Source of the DNA: Octopus sinensis | Lineage: Eukaryota | NCBI RefSeq assembly: GCF_006345805.1 | Contig: NC_042997.1 | Coordinates: forward strand, 64,604,001-64,668,000 | Reading direction: 5' to 3' | DNA: 64,000 bases | The notes under the pieces: model-generated | Told to the model about the DNA's origin: nothing | Database searches by the model: none | Seen by the model: the letters and a program-made list of their open reading frames with translations, nothing else | Shown here: positions 26,420 to 40,803 of the stretch, in pieces | How positions within the stretch are numbered: position 1 is the stretch's first letter | Layout: the number at the start of each line of letters is the position of its first letter | Translations under genes and position numbers: made by a program

Positions 26420-26601
26420 GTAGAAAAAGGAGCAGACGGAGGAGAAGAAGTAGGTGAGGTGGAGGAGTAGGAGGAGGATAGGGGGTGCAGAAAGAGAAGT
26501 AGGAGGAGAAGAAGAAGAAAAAAAGAAGAAACAAGAAGAAAAGAGAGAAATGAGAGAAGTATAATGTGAAGAAAAAAAGAAAAAGGAGAAAAGAAAGAAG
26601 G

Positions 26602-26644
<43 letters not shown>

Positions 26645-26669
26645 TATAATAATGATGATGATGATGATG

Positions 26670-26723
<54 letters not shown>

Positions 26724-26724
26724 T

Positions 26725-26755
<31 letters not shown>

Positions 26756-26785
26756 AAGAAGAAGAAGAAGAAGAAGAAGAAGAGA
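26420..26785. repeat. Purine-rich tract plus compound (AAT)n(GAT)n(AAT)n(AAG)n microsatellite
   Basis: Directly visible. Confidence 0.9.
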
Positions 26786-28321
26786 TTAATTGCTACTGGG
26801 ATCGACGATACCTTTCTCAATTCCGGTGTTGATGTGATAAGAATCAATCAGGTAGTGTGTTTGATTAATCGACTATGGCCTCGCGATGATATTAGATATC
26901 ATTAATATTCGGAACAGTCATTATCATCATCATTCTCGGGAATAGGGTCAGAGTCATTATTTTCCGTAATGCAATGGCTTAAGCGGCAGAAAAGAAAAAA
27001 ATGTGCAGAACTATAACAGTCCATTACAGCTCGATCGTTTTCAGTTATCGGACATCAGCATTAATGGCATTTGTAGAGATATCTTTCACTAAAGTGAGGA
27101 AAATCCATGCATTTAAATCATTGATATTATAGGTGAAGAAAAATGTCTCATTGAGGAGAATAGAAATAAAACCATTGGTGAACTTTTTTTTATTTTGCTT
27201 ATTTAGAATATTATGATATTGGGGCAAAATTAAATAAATACATTTTCAATAATAGATATTGTGGATAAATATTCTGGTTTGTGTTATTTTCTTTTTCTCT
27301 GTTGTGTTACATGTGTATCAGATTTATTTTATTCCTTTAGCAATTAATGAAGCAGAACAATGAATACGCTGAACTAAAATCGGTGTTCATGATGTTGTCT
27401 TCGCTGAAGTGCTTTTTATAGCCTCAGTTCATCTGTAACTGAGCATAACTACGAATTAGGGCTTCTAGTCCTAAATATGCGGTCGTTTTATTAAGACAGT
27501 GAATATCTTCAATAAAATTATCTAATGCTGCAATCCTTTTTAAAAAATCAATTCTTTCGTATAGGAAAGATATTGTTGCTCTTTTTAATCCTAATGGACC
27601 AAGCGACCGAGTAATTCCTCGTTATCCCCCATTACTCACGTCTTCCAGCAGAGCAAAGTTGGCAGAGGATCTTAAATTTATGAGTCTTTATATAGAAATT
27701 ACGTTAACAATTCGATGGCCTACCATAGCACACTACAATGATTTCAAAGAAGGTTAAACAATTTCATCAAAAGCAACAGACTTGAAAGGTATTAAAAGGT
27801 CATAGTCAGTCTTCCCTCGCCTTTGAATATCTAATCAAACTCTTTACCTCATTCATGATACTAAATAGACTTCAAGTATACATTTTCCACTTGAGATTAA
27901 ATAGATTTTCGCCACGTAAATAGATTTTCGACATGCAGCATATTAAAAGATGTGAAACGGATTCTATGAATGCATTAGGGACAAATATTAATAGCGGTCG
28001 GTCATATAATCATCAGTGATGTGTATTGAGAAACTATTAAATCTTCAACTGAACAAAGATTATATGGTACTTAACACAGTAACAGAATATCTTAACATTT
28101 TATACTTGTTCAAGTCCTTTCCTACAATAATGACATTTACAGTTTCTCTATGAGATATGAAATTATACTCGTTCACACAAATTCTTAAAAAAATACGCTA
28201 ACCCACAAAAATGCATGTACAAATATGTAGCTGCCTATGCAAATGAAATTCTAATTATATGAAGTTCTAAGCGCAAAAAATATTGATTCGTTATCTGAAT
28301 CTATTGCAAAATAATTACAAA

Positions 28322-28440
28322 ATTTTGCCTTTCGTCCTTTCGGGGTCGATAAATTAAGTACCAGTTGCGTACTGTTTATGATCTGATCGACTGGACCCTT
28401 TCCCCAATATTTCGGGCCTTGTGCCTTGAGTAGAAAAGAA
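28322..28440 (+). mobile_element. SINE-C 3' fragment
   Basis: tttgcctttcgtcctttcggggtcgataaattaagtaccag...ggccttgtgccttgagtagaaaag. Confidence 0.7.
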
Positions 28441-29801
28441 CAATTAGAGAACTCTGCTCGAGATCCAACAACGATACGACAGGTATGCTTCGTTCTTATT
28501 AGAAAGCTTAAGTGAAGTAAATTCTGCGTAATTTCTTAGGGCAAATGGAAATCAGTATACATGGACACAGAATACATACTGACACTGATCCTAAAAATCA
28601 GTAATGTTGAGTATACTTACGATTAATTAATATCCAAATGTATCATATTTTATAAGCAGCATGAAAACGCACTATACGCGTGCGTCATCATACGTGCGAG
28701 TACGCGATAGCGCGCACGCATAAATGCACATATGCATACATACATACATATATACATACATACATACATATCTATGAGTAAATATTGATAACTTGCCATG
28801 AAATTGTCAAAATGAACGAAAAGCTGCTACTCCTCCGTCCCAGACTGGTCAACAGAAGAAGGTATTGCTTAATCTATGCTGTGACGATGTCGCTATATAA
28901 GTATATTTTGATCGAAGATTAGGTGAAGAATGAAGACTTTAATTCTTGAAGTTCCGAGCATCAAAATTAGCAAATAAATAAAAAATTCTCTACTGTTTTA
29001 AAACATTACTGAATGTTCCATAATTTGTTCATGAACAAAGAAAATTTCCTCCCTCCAGTAAAACGGTGGAACCAGATATTGATATATTCCTGTCTGTATC
29101 AGAAAGGTGGCTTTGTAGGTTATATAGCTCTGGACATGGAAAATCTAGCTCGTGTACGTTGCTAAATGACATATGCACATCATAAAGCACATCACAAAAC
29201 TAAAGTGTTAGAAAGTTTGGTCATGTAATCCGGTAAAATGATTAGAGTTTTGTTATTTATACTTAATGCCAGGTTATCTAAGTTTCAGGAAACCACAGAT
29301 GAAGCCAATCCATGAGTGGATATTATGCCTTCTCTTCAGTTAATTCGTATTTCTAGCATCGTATGTATAGATGTCCGCCCTTTTTGAACATTTTCAGGTG
29401 TAGTAGTGGGATTTTACTTACAACAGTAACTAACCTCTTGCAAGGAGAATACACAAATATCCTCTTCGTTGGCTCAGAAGTGATATATGATTTATTCTAG
29501 TGTGAGTTAAATAAATGAGTGTTAATGACGTTGCTTTTTAAATTGTTTCCAAGCAGCTTGAGCATTGATGATTATATCATTAGCAAGACATCAGTTATAC
29601 GAATGCTGTCTCAAAGAAAATGCTACCAATAAATACCTACTATATATATAAAGCAGAAACAAAATCATATTTTCGAAAATATGAAAGCATAGAAATACTT
29701 CATTTCTGGAAGAACTGTAAGAAAAGTTGTTTACTTAATAATATACACTGGTCCGACATAGATACACACATATATATGTGAATGTCTGTAGGTCCATATG
29801 C

Positions 29802-30961
29802 CAGGTTGAGTAAAAAGTAAGCAACGTTTTGAAACAAGAAATTCATCACAATATATCTCAACAATGCGGAAATTTTATTTATCAAAGTAAGTTCCATTAC
29901 AATCAACACATTTTTACCAACGTGTTACAAATTTGTTTATTCCGTTAACATAAAAATCTGGAGTTCATGTGCTGATGAACTCTTTGAACGCACTTTCAGC
30001 ATCGGTTTCATTTTTGAACGCCTTCTCTCACAGGAAACCATCAAGGTGCTTCAAAAAATGGTAGTCGGTAGGAGAAAGGTGTAGGGAATAAGGTGGGTGG
30101 CGAAGAACTTCGTAGTCAAGTTTCCTCAACTTCTGGAGCATCATTAGTGAAACGAGTGGCCGAGCATTGTCATGAAGAATGAATGGCCCTCTTCTATTGA
30201 CAAGTCTGGGATGGAGGAATAGCGGTTTTTTGTTTATTTTGGAAATTTCATGGAAATATATTTCAGCGGTAATGGTTTTTCCAGATTATAGAAGTTATAG
30301 AAGATCAGTCCATTACCAAACACCCACACTAAACTTCTTTTGAAGAGCTCGGGTTTAAGGAAGGTTTTTGGTGCTTCATTTTGTTCCAACCACGTGTACT
30401 AACATTTTTTTATTATTGTACACTATCCACTTTTCATCGCAAGTTACAATACGGTCTGGTTATAGAGAGGAGGCAATGAGCAAATTTCATATCACTGCAT
30501 TTTCTGATTTTTATTCCAATCTTGTGCTACACATTTGTCGTGCTTTTTTGATTTTCTGATCGCATCATGTTCTTTAATTGACTGTCATCGATAAGATATG
30601 GACGTCCACCATGCTCAGGATCTCTACTGCGAAATCGTTTAAATCATCTTCGAGCCGACCATTCACTGGTCATTTCTTCAACAAACGTTTCGTGGATGTT
30701 GTGAGCAGTTTCCGCTGCTTTACGTCCGTTTTTGAAGTTGAATAGAAGAAATTGCTCGGATATTGCACTTTTGCAGTTTTATTTCCGATGATTGTAAAAA
30801 CGGTGAAACAAAATTAATGTTAATTTATTTATGTATTTGGGCACATCTATGTCTGTATTATGAGACAACTGCCAAAAAAATGAAGGTTTACAAAAATCGT
30901 GTAAAAACTACTGTACAAATGCTTCATGCTTCAAAAAGTTGCTTACGTTTTACTCTGCCTG
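29802..30961 (-). mobile_element. Decayed mariner (DD34D) transposon with both TIRs
   Basis: LHDNARP, HPPYSLHLSPTDYHFLKHLDGFL and CVDCNGTYFD on minus. Left TIR CAGGTTGAGTAAAAAGTAAGCAACGTTTTG matches the right TIR (reverse complement) CAGGCAGAGTAAAACGTAAGCAACTTTTTG. Confidence 0.85.
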
Positions 30962-31022
<61 letters not shown>

Positions 31023-31332
31023 CCATGTCACATTTGTCAGTAAAATATAGACCTGGTAGGCAATGACACTTTAAGTCAGCAATCGTTTTAGCTCATGATA
31101 CTGCTGCTGAAAATTTATATTCAATGTAACTGTTATTAGGTATGTAACAGAATCATGGAATGTAATTTAAGTATCCTGTACATTTTGGCTGATGAGAGAG
31201 CAGTTTTTGATTTTTGTATTGCAGATTACTGTACGTATTTTTGCTTGTGCGTGTTTATACATATTGAGAGACAGAGACAGAGTGTGTGTGAGAGAGAGAG
31301 AAGGAAAGAGAGAAAGCTACAGGGAAATGCTT

Positions 31333-31682
<350 letters not shown>

Positions 31683-32603
31683 TATGCAAAGAAGATTATT
31701 GGGTAAGGAGGGGACAAAGAAAGAAATACCATTGTGAAATGAGAAAAGTAGATGACATGGCATACAAACTATAGAAATCTAAAATGAAATAACAAAAATC
31801 CAGGAATGAGTACAATGAAGGTAAACACACCAACGATAGCAATAAGCTTGAGCTAAATATACTTGCTTGTTACCAAAAACAAACGCAATGGTTAGACTTC
31901 AATTCCTTTAATCGTTAATGTTAAAAATCGACCTGGTAATTAATTAACTAGTTGGTTCTTTTTTTTTTACTGGGCTAATGCTTCGAATTATCAATCAGTT
32001 CGATATTTAATGGCCTTGCAGTGCCCAACTTTAACAGGGATATATCTTTGCTCCGAGTCTATGATTTATATAACTAGATAGAATATTTCTCACTACTCAA
32101 TGTTTTTTAATTCCGTGTGTGAATGAGTATGTTGATGGAAGTAGTTAGTGAGTGTGTTGATGGATGGAGACAGTGCGTGTGTTGCACGTAGTTGAATGTG
32201 CTTTCTTGTGTTTCTAGTATGTGCTTACGTGTGCAGGTGATGTATGTGAATATGTGCGGCTTGCCATAACTTATTCATGTATGCTAGTCTTTCCTGTAGC
32301 AAAATTCAGGAGCTCAACGCATTTCTCTTTTATCTCTTACGTCTGTGTGCGTGTGTGTGTGTGTGAGAGAGAGAGAGCGTGTGTGTGTGTGTGCGTGTTC
32401 GTGTGTGAACGCATATGTTGAAAAACATTTAGGTGAGAAATGGAGGAAAAGATTGAAACACTCATGCCTGGCATAAGACACTAACACAACAAACGCCATA
32501 ATGACTCTCAAACACAGACGCATACGAGTACGTACACACACGCATACTCCAACTTACAGTATGTACATATGTGTATGTTTGTATGTGTGTGTGTGTCTGT
32601 GTT

Positions 32604-32634
<31 letters not shown>

Positions 32635-33071
32635 TGTGTGTGTGTGTACACTGAAAAAGCAACTAACACACGCAAACACGAACATTCAAATCTAAGCAAA
32701 CATCATACCACAAAAAGATATCAATACACACATTAACACTCTTATGCATTGCAGATAGATTTTATGTAATGAGGTAAGAAATAATCTATCCATCTTTTAT
32801 TTGTGAGAGACATGAAGCATAAACGCATATCATTGATAAGTACATTAATGGTGACAAAAGGATTAGAAAATAGCCAATAATCGATTAATGGAACCATTGT
32901 TCAAGCATTCGATTACATAATTGTTTCAATAATATACTGCTTGACAAATAATCCTTCGGAGAGTACTGTCTATCTGAAGTTATACAACTTGATAGGGACT
33001 CAATTAAACGGTCAAGTGTTAACAAGGTCATCACTAAGTAATTGAAAGAGTAGTAATATTTATTCTAAGAA

Positions 33072-33132
<61 letters not shown>
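33072..33132. repeat. (AGT)n microsatellite
   Basis: Directly visible. Confidence 0.95.
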
Positions 33133-33134
33133 CA

Positions 33135-33317
33135 TTTCTACTAAAGGCACACGTCCTGAAATTTAGGACAAGGGTCTAGTCGATTACATTGACCCCACTG
33201 TTTAACTGGTAGTTACTTTATCGACCTCCACGGAATTTGAACCCAGAAACAAAAATGGATGAAATGCCGCTAAGCACTTGGCCGGGGTGCTAACGATACT
33301 GCCAGCTCACCGCCTTA

Positions 33318-33318
<1 letters not shown>
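33135..33318 (-). mobile_element. SINE-C with internal deletion
   Basis: taaggcggtgagctggcag head on minus; tttctactaaaggcac tail. Confidence 0.75.
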
Positions 33319-33373
<55 letters not shown>

Positions 33374-33374
33374 T

Positions 33375-33520
33375 GAGGTTGAAAATTTTGCTACAAGGGC
33401 AGTAATATTAGGGGAAAGGAGGAGTCGATTACATCGACCTCAGTGTTCAACTGGTACTTATTTCACCGACCCCAAAAGCATGAAAGGTAAACCGACCTCA
33501 GCGAAATTTGAATTCAGAAC
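33375..33520 (-). mobile_element. SINE-C, head truncated
   Basis: gttctgaattcaaatttcgctgaggtcgg...ggtcggtgaaataagtaccag on minus. Confidence 0.7.
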
Positions 33521-33523
33521 GAA

Positions 33524-33732
33524 GCGAAAATGCTCGTTTTTCTTAACTTGACATTCCATTTTAATGATCTGAAAATAAACAAAATTAACTAAAATTAACT
33601 AGAAAAAAACGTAAAAAGTTTCCAAAATCATTCAAAAATATAATTCTAGAAAAAAATAAATTCCAAAATTTAAAAACGCAATAAATTCCAAAATTTAAAA
33701 AAATGTCGGGAACTTAGTTGCCAACCCAATAT
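33524..33732 (-). mobile_element. Mariner 5' end fragment (TIR and start of transposase)
   Basis: Minus strand: attgggttggcaactaagttccc TIR-like start, then MECQVKKNEHFR. A homologous fragment lies on plus at about 47640-47797. Confidence 0.65.
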
Positions 33733-33909
33733 ATTCACAAAACTATAACGAGCCTCGTTATAGGACTGTTGTTATCGTTTTTTCCTTCTCTTTTAACTCT
33801 CTTACTTTCTCTTTTTCCTTCTCTTTCGCAAGTATGGTGATGTGTATAGAGTGTGCTTCAAATTTAGTGTACACATTTTTAATTTACCAATCCCGAAATA
33901 ACAAAGTTC

Positions 33910-35269
33910 ATAGTATCAACCAAAAATAAAAGAAAAGTAGTTGATGAAAGTAATTATATCTACGATTTTCATTCAAGCAATACAAAACTACGAAAAGCAT
34001 ACTGAAGATGTGAGAAAAGAAGAGCACCTTCAACCAGTTGATGTAGAAAAGCAGTTGCAGAAAAAAGCATGAATGGGGTGGAAAACATAGCAGCAAATTC
34101 GCGTAGCATAATAGCGGCGAGATTTATGCAGCTAACAGAAAATACTTGCGCTCAGCTTCCTCCTTTGCCTGTACTTTCAAGGACTATTCAAAGGTGACGA
34201 CAAAAACAATTCAGGATTTCCTGCTAATCCAGGGGCTTGAACCGGTTTTGAAATACGTGAAGTACACTGTAAACTTCATAATGCCGAGCAGTTTCTGAGA
34301 TACAATTCGGGTATCGAGGATCAACAGCGCATACTAGTATTTGCATCAGAAACTGCTCTTCAGAGTATAGCCTCATATCGTCATTGGGCATGGGATGGAA
34401 CGTTCAAAATTGTTCCAGAACAGTGGCTTCAATTCTTTAGCATTCATATGCAGGTTAAAGATAACATTTTTCCACGGGTCTTTGCACAAAGCTGACATAC
34501 AAATTATTTTTCGCATTTAATTCATCATTCCCTAATTCATCTATCGTGGTGTGTTTGTTTCAATCAGTATTTCGACAAATTACAGATCTAGGCCTTCAAG
34601 AAAACAGAAGACCCTGAATTCTGTCTTAGAATTCGACTTTCTACCCGTTGAAGATGTCGAAGAGTACTATGAAGAAATACCTGCTGAATTCATCAGTTAC
34701 TTCGACTTGACTTACACAGGTGTTGTGAGAAGATGTGGTGCTAGACGAATGAGAGTACCACCAACATTCCTGATAGCTGTATGGCATGTTAATCAGCGTA
34801 TTCTTCAAGATATATTTTTTTTAATGATGCTGCGGAAGGATTTCATTCTGCGATAAAGCTTTCGGCGAGTGGAACACATTTGAATATTTAAAAATTAATC
34901 AAAACTCTGAAGGAAGAGGAAGGGTTCATTCAAGGTAAGATGACTTGAAAGATAGGTCATTGAATATGGGTCAACAAGAAAAATTGATTTTTTGAAGAGT
35001 GTGGCATATAATTTGCATCAATTTTGAGTGATCATAATCAATCATTAGTTATATCCAATTACTTTTTTAAAATGACATTTTTAAAAAATAAATTTCCCAC
35101 AATATTTTACTTGAATCCTATTAATAAAATTCTCAGTGATTATGTGATTTTGATGCGGTTCAAATTGTTTTCTGAAAAGTTTATTTAAAATTGGACAAAA
35201 AGTCGTTGAACGAAAAGACGTGGACGAAGTGACGTTGGACAAATGAAATCGGACGAAAAGTCGGGTCAC
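33910..35269 (+). mobile_element. Mutator-like (MULE) transposon relic with FLYWCH N-terminus
   Basis: YIYDFHS...AY*RCEKR (FLYWCH-like); RILVFASE...HWAWDGTFKIVP (MULE DDE first D); FISYFDLTY.G...PPTF. Subterminal-repeat-like right end ...cggacgaaaagtcgggtcacg. Confidence 0.75.
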
Positions 35270-35282
35270 GCACATACATATA

Positions 35283-35460
35283 CAGTAGTTCCTCGCCACA
35301 TTACGGTTTATTTATCGCAGCTCATCTATCGCCGTTTATTATTTAAGCTTACGTCGATTTCCTCTGTGGTGCTATTTTGTATTTATAATTTAAAGAAGTA
35401 TATAAAGATTATCGCGTTCAGATTTCTAACGTAACGACCGCGATTGCCGAGGGATTACTG
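35283..35460. mobile_element. pogo/Tigger-like MITE
   Basis: CAGTAGTTCCTCG...CGAGGGATTACTG imperfect TIRs with TA on both sides. Confidence 0.7.
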
Positions 35461-38222
35461 TATATAGAAATATATTATAAATATAGATATATACATGCAC
35501 GAATTTATGTATGGGCGTCAGTGTCTATTTTTCCACTTTTCATATTGAATAGCCAGTAATACCAGTTTGCATCTTGTTATCACACGAAAGTCATATAATT
35601 TCTCACACTGATGTCTCGAAGTTAATTCATGCAAATATTTAAAGTGCCTTGTCGCAGAATGATAAAGTAAAATATCGTTTGTATAAATCATTACACTCTG
35701 TTTTCTTCTCTTCCATATTTATATTACAAATGCGTTTTTGCTCAAAGTTGTTAGAAGAGCCCATGCAATGATAGCTATTGAAATGTGCGGATCCATTTTG
35801 AATATTATCTACACAATACCACTTTATAATACAATGCTGGATTCATTCTGCATATACCTCGAAAATGTACATTCGTATATTATCCTTGATATCAAAGATT
35901 AGATACACGGAAGATCAAAGTGCATTAGATGCTCGTTCATATCCTAACCGATAGAAAACCACTCCGTAAATCATGAACGTTAACCTATGTTATTTAAGGT
36001 TGCTAAAATTAAATTTGCTGTGCCGACTGTAATGTGGAGGAAATTAGCAGATATGGCTAATTCAATAATGTAATAATTCATTATATGTTCGAAAATGTCG
36101 CACGTATATAAAATTCTTAATGACTTTAATTATTACCCTTGTATGAGTGAAATATCTGCTACATGTTTTGAGTTAAAATTTTTGGTTACAACTACTCATG
36201 CCAGCCCTAACCGAGTTAAACCATTGATGGAAAACGTTCAACCTTTAACAATTCACTCTTGTTCCTATGTACACTTCACCTTGTCCCGTATATCTAATGT
36301 TTTATTTTCTTAGATAATTGGATGCATTTATTGGTGAAATTTGGTATATTATATACATCAGATTCAATTGTCATCAATTGTTGCCTTGGAAATTCATTTA
36401 TAATCGCTTTGAAATTGAAATCTTAACAAGAAAACTATTTTTGCAGAAATGTGAGATAGCAATGTTTACTGCACAAATAGAAACGGTGATATTTCTAATC
36501 TCTTACACGGAGCCTGCACTACAGCCTGATGCCCTTTATCAGGGTTTCCCTGTCGTGTATGTAAACGGAGTAAGACTAACATCGTAAGCAGTTACAAGCT
36601 GACAGGTTTTTCTTCCCCCATACTGCAAGTCCACACAAAACACAATTTAAATATATTTCTTTCACACACAAAAATCATACAAATAAATTTCAAACAATAA
36701 AAAAAAATGCAACAGAAGTTTAAAAATTACAACGTATTTATGAAAATAATTAATTTTTATCAAAAGTCACGACATTAGTCTAGCAGTACCTCTAGAAATA
36801 TTCTTCCTGCGAGAAAGCTGTATTGCTACTATTTCAAGTAATAACCAAATCAGATCAGAAAGAAACAATTACAACACGAGTACAGATTTATGTTTGTTAT
36901 AAGGCTATTTATGATTCAGTGCACACAACATACATTGTTAGTCATATATGAAGACAGCAAGAAGCCTTATCACACAATATCATCGAACTTGGACTCATTT
37001 TAAAATTAAGCCATCAACCACAACACGTGCACGCATACAGCTTCAAACTACTGACAACAGCTCTTTATTTGACTACGATTTCTCTTCTGTTGACGAATAA
37101 TACGCTAGATATCCTCGGGGTAACTAACTACTGTTACAATAGGCTCGCACATTACTCAAGAAAATTTTTTAAATACATTTTGTTACGAAGTAAAGAAAAG
37201 AAAAACCAGCTTGGAGCTGTTTCAGTGAAGAAATTCAAGATTTTCAAAATTAAACACCACCGTTGAAAACATACTTATCGTAGAGGATACATTTAACGAA
37301 ATAATCTTAGAATCCAAAATACCGCAAATGAGCTATCGACAACCTCATAATAATTAAATGTAACCTTAATCACAATATCCACAGCTACGCACAGTTGGAA
37401 TAAAATTAACATAAAACAACTAAAGATAGGACAAAGTCCTTAGAACGTAGGAGTCTTCTAAGCATCTGCGTCTGATATAAACTATAAAATTAACAGTAAA
37501 ATTCTACAGAATAATTAGCAGTGACAATAACCGTGGTCACAGCAGGCCACAAATCACAATGTTCGCCTCAAATAATTTATATAAACTACTGTACGAAAAC
37601 ATATTCTAACTTTTCCGACATTCCCCTCAAAATGGGACTCCAATAACTGGCGGTGACTTGGTGAGCGAATTTTCTGTGACGGTCGAAAATCAACAGTAAG
37701 ATGGGCTGCTACGGATCTTTCGATTCCAACGCGCCATGAAAGGTGAAAAGACAAGTGCTCTAAGATTAACATTAAAAAGAAAAATAATACAGAACAACAA
37801 GCGTCATGACAGAAATTGTGAACATCTTTTTCTTTCTCTCTTCTTTTTTCTCTCTCTTCTCCACTTGTTTCAAATGAAAGCTCAATATGATTGAACTTTC
37901 AATAATGTGCATTTATTATGATCTTGGCAGAACTTTTACATTGACATTGGTATCGATCCCACTGAAACTCGTTGAAATTTCTGTGAACATTTGAACACCT
38001 GGTAGGTTAAACATCCCTGTCCACTTTTTAACTTGTACCTTTAAACTCGCATAACCGCTCTCCCACTTTTTACATATATTTGTAGCATCGATAAGCAAGA
38101 AATTATCGAAACTTGCTTGATATGTAAATAATTCCATTTAAAAACGACTTCACGGTTGTGAAATTAAAGTGCATTTTCAAACCCCAAAACAAATTCTCAC
38201 ACACATAGACACACACACGTGC

Positions 38223-38264
<42 letters not shown>

Positions 38265-38268
<4 letters not shown>

Positions 38269-38452
38269 TTGGCGATTTTTTCCCTTCGTCTTCTCTTCCT
38301 TGGTTCTTTTCTTTTCCTATGTTTCTGACGAAGAGCTCGCTCGAAACGTTACACCCTCCTTCTTTCTTTCCTTTCCTGAGCGTCCAACAACACTATGCTT
38401 GTTCCACGTCCTCGAGTTGTTGTGTTTTCTCTTTGTGTTTTCATGTTTGGAT

Positions 38453-38457
<5 letters not shown>
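38265..38457 (+). mobile_element. Short Penelope-type element embedded in (TA)n, carrying a minimal HHR
   Basis: About 190 bp pyrimidine-rich unit flanked on both sides by (TA)n; contains an HHR core. Confidence 0.6.
38321..38354 (+). ncRNA. Minimal type I hammerhead ribozyme
   Basis: GTTT-CTGACGA-A-GAG-ctcg-CTC-GAA-ACGT-T-ACAC. Palindromic stem III; stem I has one mismatch. Confidence 0.7.
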
Positions 38458-38488
<31 letters not shown>

Positions 38489-38965
38489 TACATGCACTTA
38501 TGCGTGTACATAGATATTGAAACGCATACACTGACACACATGTGCGCGTGCAGACACACACGCTCATGCTGATTTATCTATGAAATATTTACTTTATTAT
38601 AGTACCGGCAGCTATTAATGTCTCCCAACCAACGCATTGGCTATATTGTTTTCGACAGTTTCAATATATTGCACGATACACAGTTAAAATCTCTTTAGTC
38701 TCAAATCGACTATTAATACTTAAACCAATTTACATTTTGAATGAAGCAATATTTTTATAGGATATTTAACGAATAAAGCACAGAACGAATGGTCTTTTAT
38801 TATTGCGAATGCCTTGAGAGTTTGAAGCAGTAAAACTGTAGACTCAGTGGATTGAGACTTAGTATGGTAAGTAAAGTTTTATTCGATTATTGCAGTAGTG
38901 TGCAGAGTTTGTATATAATAGTTCAATGAGAAATCACCTTTAAAGCTCTACTTATATCGGTGATC

Positions 38966-39150
38966 GTGGCACTCCATCGGTTACTACGATAAGGGAACCA
39001 GTTGATCCGATCAACGGAAGAGCCTGCTCGTGAAATTAACGTGCAAGTGGCTGAACACTCCTCAAGCACATGTAACCTTAACATAATTCTCGAAGGAGAT
39101 TCAGCGTGACGGAGAGTGTGACAAGGCTGGCTCTTTGAAATACAGGTAAA
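38966..39150. mobile_element. SINE-like repeat (family D) fragment
   Basis: GC-richer island gtggcactcc...gaaattaacgtgcaagtggctg...ttgaaatacagg that I recognise from memory as a common octopus repeat. Only one copy in this window. Confidence 0.5.
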
Positions 39151-39164
39151 ACAGAAACAGGAAT

Positions 39165-39335
39165 GAAATAATGAGTGAGAGAAAATTGTGGTGAAAGAGT
39201 ATAACAGGGTTCGCCACTCACCCCTTGACCTTTAGGTGTTTTCGCTCAATAAACACTCACAGCGCCAGGTCTGGGAATCGAAACCGCGATACTACGACCT
39301 CGAGCCTGCTGCCGTAACCACTGGCCCATTGCACC
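39165..39335 (-). mobile_element. SINE-B 5' portion
   Basis: Reverse complement aligns with about 4403-4570. Confidence 0.8.
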
Positions 39336-39386
39336 ACTACGATGTCGCTGATAGTGTGATACAAGCAAGAATGTTATTATTATTAT

Positions 39387-39922
39387 TGAGTGAGAGAGCA
39401 GTGCATGCCATCAAAGTGACGCTAGGGTAAAATATACGAATCCCAGTATACCCATCATGACTACCCATCTGATAAGGGTACACCAGGCACATGCATCACA
39501 ACCATATGTGCGCGACATGGTGATCTCATATCAAGATAAACAGCCCAGTTAGAATTTTCTTCTCCTCGAGTAGCCTATCCAGCTCAAAAGGTCCCTGAAT
39601 AAGGATTGTTTAAGGATGTTGAACGAACCAGCTTTTTTTCTAAAGGTAAATTATCCAAACCTCCAAGAATTCCTTTCAACACACGGCTATGATGCTCCCC
39701 CCCCCACTACTTCTGCTCATGATCAGAGATGCACATATCCTCAGACCCTAAGAAACATGGTCAACCGGTTAAGGTCAAACAACTGACAAGCAAATCTGTG
39801 GTATTGAGCAAAATATTTGCTGTAGCCCATCTTTTATACGAAGACAAAACAATGTACATGATAACACTTCCAATCAGTTAAGATCAGAAGCCATGAGCAC
39901 CACTGTCTGGTACTGCATCAGG
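39387..39922 (-). mobile_element. ~540 bp non-coding interspersed element with (AAT)n tail
   Basis: Flanked by (ATT)n. A diverged partial copy lies in the opposite orientation at 47798-48004. Confidence 0.65.
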
Positions 39923-39976
39923 ATATTATTATTATTATTATTATTATTACTATTATTATTATTATTATTATTATTG

Positions 39977-40053
<77 letters not shown>

Positions 40054-40062
40054 ATTATTATT
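39923..40062. repeat. (ATT)n microsatellite
   Basis: Directly visible. Confidence 0.95.
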
Positions 40063-40665
40063 GAACCCTACCTAAATCTTCAGTGTTGGATTTGTGAATA
40101 GCTAAAGAACCAATATGGTTTTATGAATCAGTATCGTAGTATAGTGGAGTAGTATGATAAATGAATGCAGTATTCAGATTTCCTTTAATGATATGCGTAA
40201 GTTTGGGATGTTAAAGAGTAACAAATATACAATTTTACAAATTGAATAGTACAGTTGTATTGTGTTAGTGTATCTTGCATATTCACATGGTTTCAATGCT
40301 TTTGAATTGTTATCATTTTCCCCATTTCCAATTTGTGGAAATCCAAGTTTTGGTCATGTAATTGAAAATATCATTCAGGTCTTCAGGCTTTTGGTTGCAT
40401 ATTTGTGACAGTGTCTATCCCAAGTTTATTTCTAAGCATAGTGTATTCACATTGAGGGAAACGTTGGCATTCTCAGAATATGTGTTTTGTACTGCAGTTT
40501 ATATAAATAATTTGAAATTATATTGTGATTTGGGGTCTGACCATTGTTATTGCGTAATTTAGAGGAAACAAAAGCTAAGGGGTGTTTTACTCCCAATGGT
40601 CTTCCAGCACACTGCGCACTATCTCGGACCTTCTGAAGGCCCGTGCTATTGTCAGGTAGTCGGTG

Positions 40666-40803
<138 letters not shown>

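Noticed and set aside
27540-27850. Possible decayed transposase on the minus strand
   Set aside because: All frames are interrupted and I could not identify a diagnostic motif.
29972-29978. CTGATGA motif
   Set aside because: It lies within the antisense of the mariner coding sequence, with no downstream stem II or GAAA.
33743-33763. Perfect 21 bp palindrome CTATAACGAG-C-CTCGTTATAG
   Set aside because: A single occurrence that is plausible by chance in 64 kb, with no Helitron-type CTRR end nearby.
37916-38137. 73 aa ORF with ordinary amino-acid composition
   Set aside because: No recognisable homology or supported splice sites. A BLASTx or RNA-seq check would be needed.
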